Positions 63,074-64,000 of a stretch of DNA of 64,000 nt are shown here, piece by piece. The first letter of the stretch is position 1, and each line of letters opens with the position of its first letter. The notes under the pieces were generated by a model, which was not told the origin of the DNA, did not search any database, and saw only the letters and a program-made list of their open reading frames with translations. The DNA comes from Octopus vulgaris (lineage: Eukaryota): NCBI GenBank assembly GCA_951406725.2, contig OX597829.1, positions 20,026,001-20,090,000 of the forward strand, given 5' to 3'. The position numbers were made by a program, and so were the translations under genes.

Positions 63074-64000
63074 GTAAGTAAGCTTTAGTTCTGCTATAAA
63101 AAAAAAAGTTTTAAAAAAACCGTGAATGATGAATCTACTAAAGCTTTGTCTTATTTATCACTGTTTCTTACAACAGGAAGTAAATCATAATTATGATATC
63201 AGTATCCGGTGGTTGAGATATCAAGACAATTGATTTCAAGACTGTTATTGGTATTACCGTCGTCATACCATAGCAAGCAAATTGAGTGAGGTCCTCTACC
63301 TCGTTAAAATAATGCTATACGGCTAATTCAAAAGTCAATTACTGGATGCATCGATCTAGTTCAAAAAATGGGTGCGAGGGCTGAGTTTGAGTCATTGAAT
63401 TTATATTACCTGTAAACGTTTTGAAAAAATTGTGTAGAGAGGCGAAACAACTTTTTAAATTGTATGTTAAATTCCTCCCTTTTTACTATTTTATTGATAT
63501 TATGGGCGTAGTTTTTATAAACAATGTTATTTATAATGATTTGAAGTTTATGCTTTTGAGTGATTTGGACAACTCTTGTCACCTTTTCTACATTTGATGT
63601 CACCGCCGTCTCCTTTTGAAAATAGCTTTGGCATTTATATAAACATAATTTAATTCCAAGTTCAGGAGTCAGGTTTTTTTTTACAAAGAAATGTTTTTGT
63701 AAAAAAAAACCTATGTATAAAATAGAGCTCTTTCTTACTTGGTACCGATTCTCTCCACAATGTCAATTCGAAGTCCAATCTTCCTTTCATCAACTTTTAG
63801 AAGCTGATTGGATTTATAATTTTCCCATACTAAAGCTATTTGACTGTTTTTCTAATATTCTTTCTTTCCTCAAAAATTGAAGCTTAAATTTATTTTGTAT
63901 TACTCAAAGGAAGTTGTATCAAAGCTTGTGGGGCAGCATACATTGTATTCCCTTCTTCCTCTTATTAAAAAATTGTAACTTTCATACAAAGTGAAATAAT

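Noticed and set aside
63125-63210. C/D snoRNA in HECTD1 intron 2 (ATGATGA)
   Set aside because: No suitably placed CTGA D box or terminal stem.

Overview
AT-rich, repeat-dense animal genomic DNA. The SINE/LINE families and (TA)n load resemble an octopus/coleoid cephalopod (inference). Two spliced genes sit head-to-head about 40 kb apart. On the minus strand is the 5' end of EIF2AK4/GCN2, with four RWD-domain coding exons at 20939-20823, 10872-10766, 7012-6910 and 4395-4222 and consistent splice phases. On the plus strand are the first two coding exons of the E3 ligase HECTD1 (61319-61461, 62839-63073). Most of the rest is transposon-derived: tRNA-derived SINEs; RTE, CR1 and CRE-like LINE fragments; two Penelope-like elements; a decayed Ty3/gypsy relic; Helitrons; and hAT, piggyBac and mariner MITEs. 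There is also a CpG-decayed 5S rRNA pseudogene. The most notable signals are several minimal type-I hammerhead ribozyme motifs (one at the 3' end of a Penelope-like element), a GG-ended foldback family with 8-bp TSDs carrying telomere-like repeats, tandem amplification inside RTE 3' tails, and perfect or nested palindromes close to GCN2 exons. Almost all other ORF-track entries are microsatellite or repeat artefacts. All protein and family assignments are from recall, not database searches.
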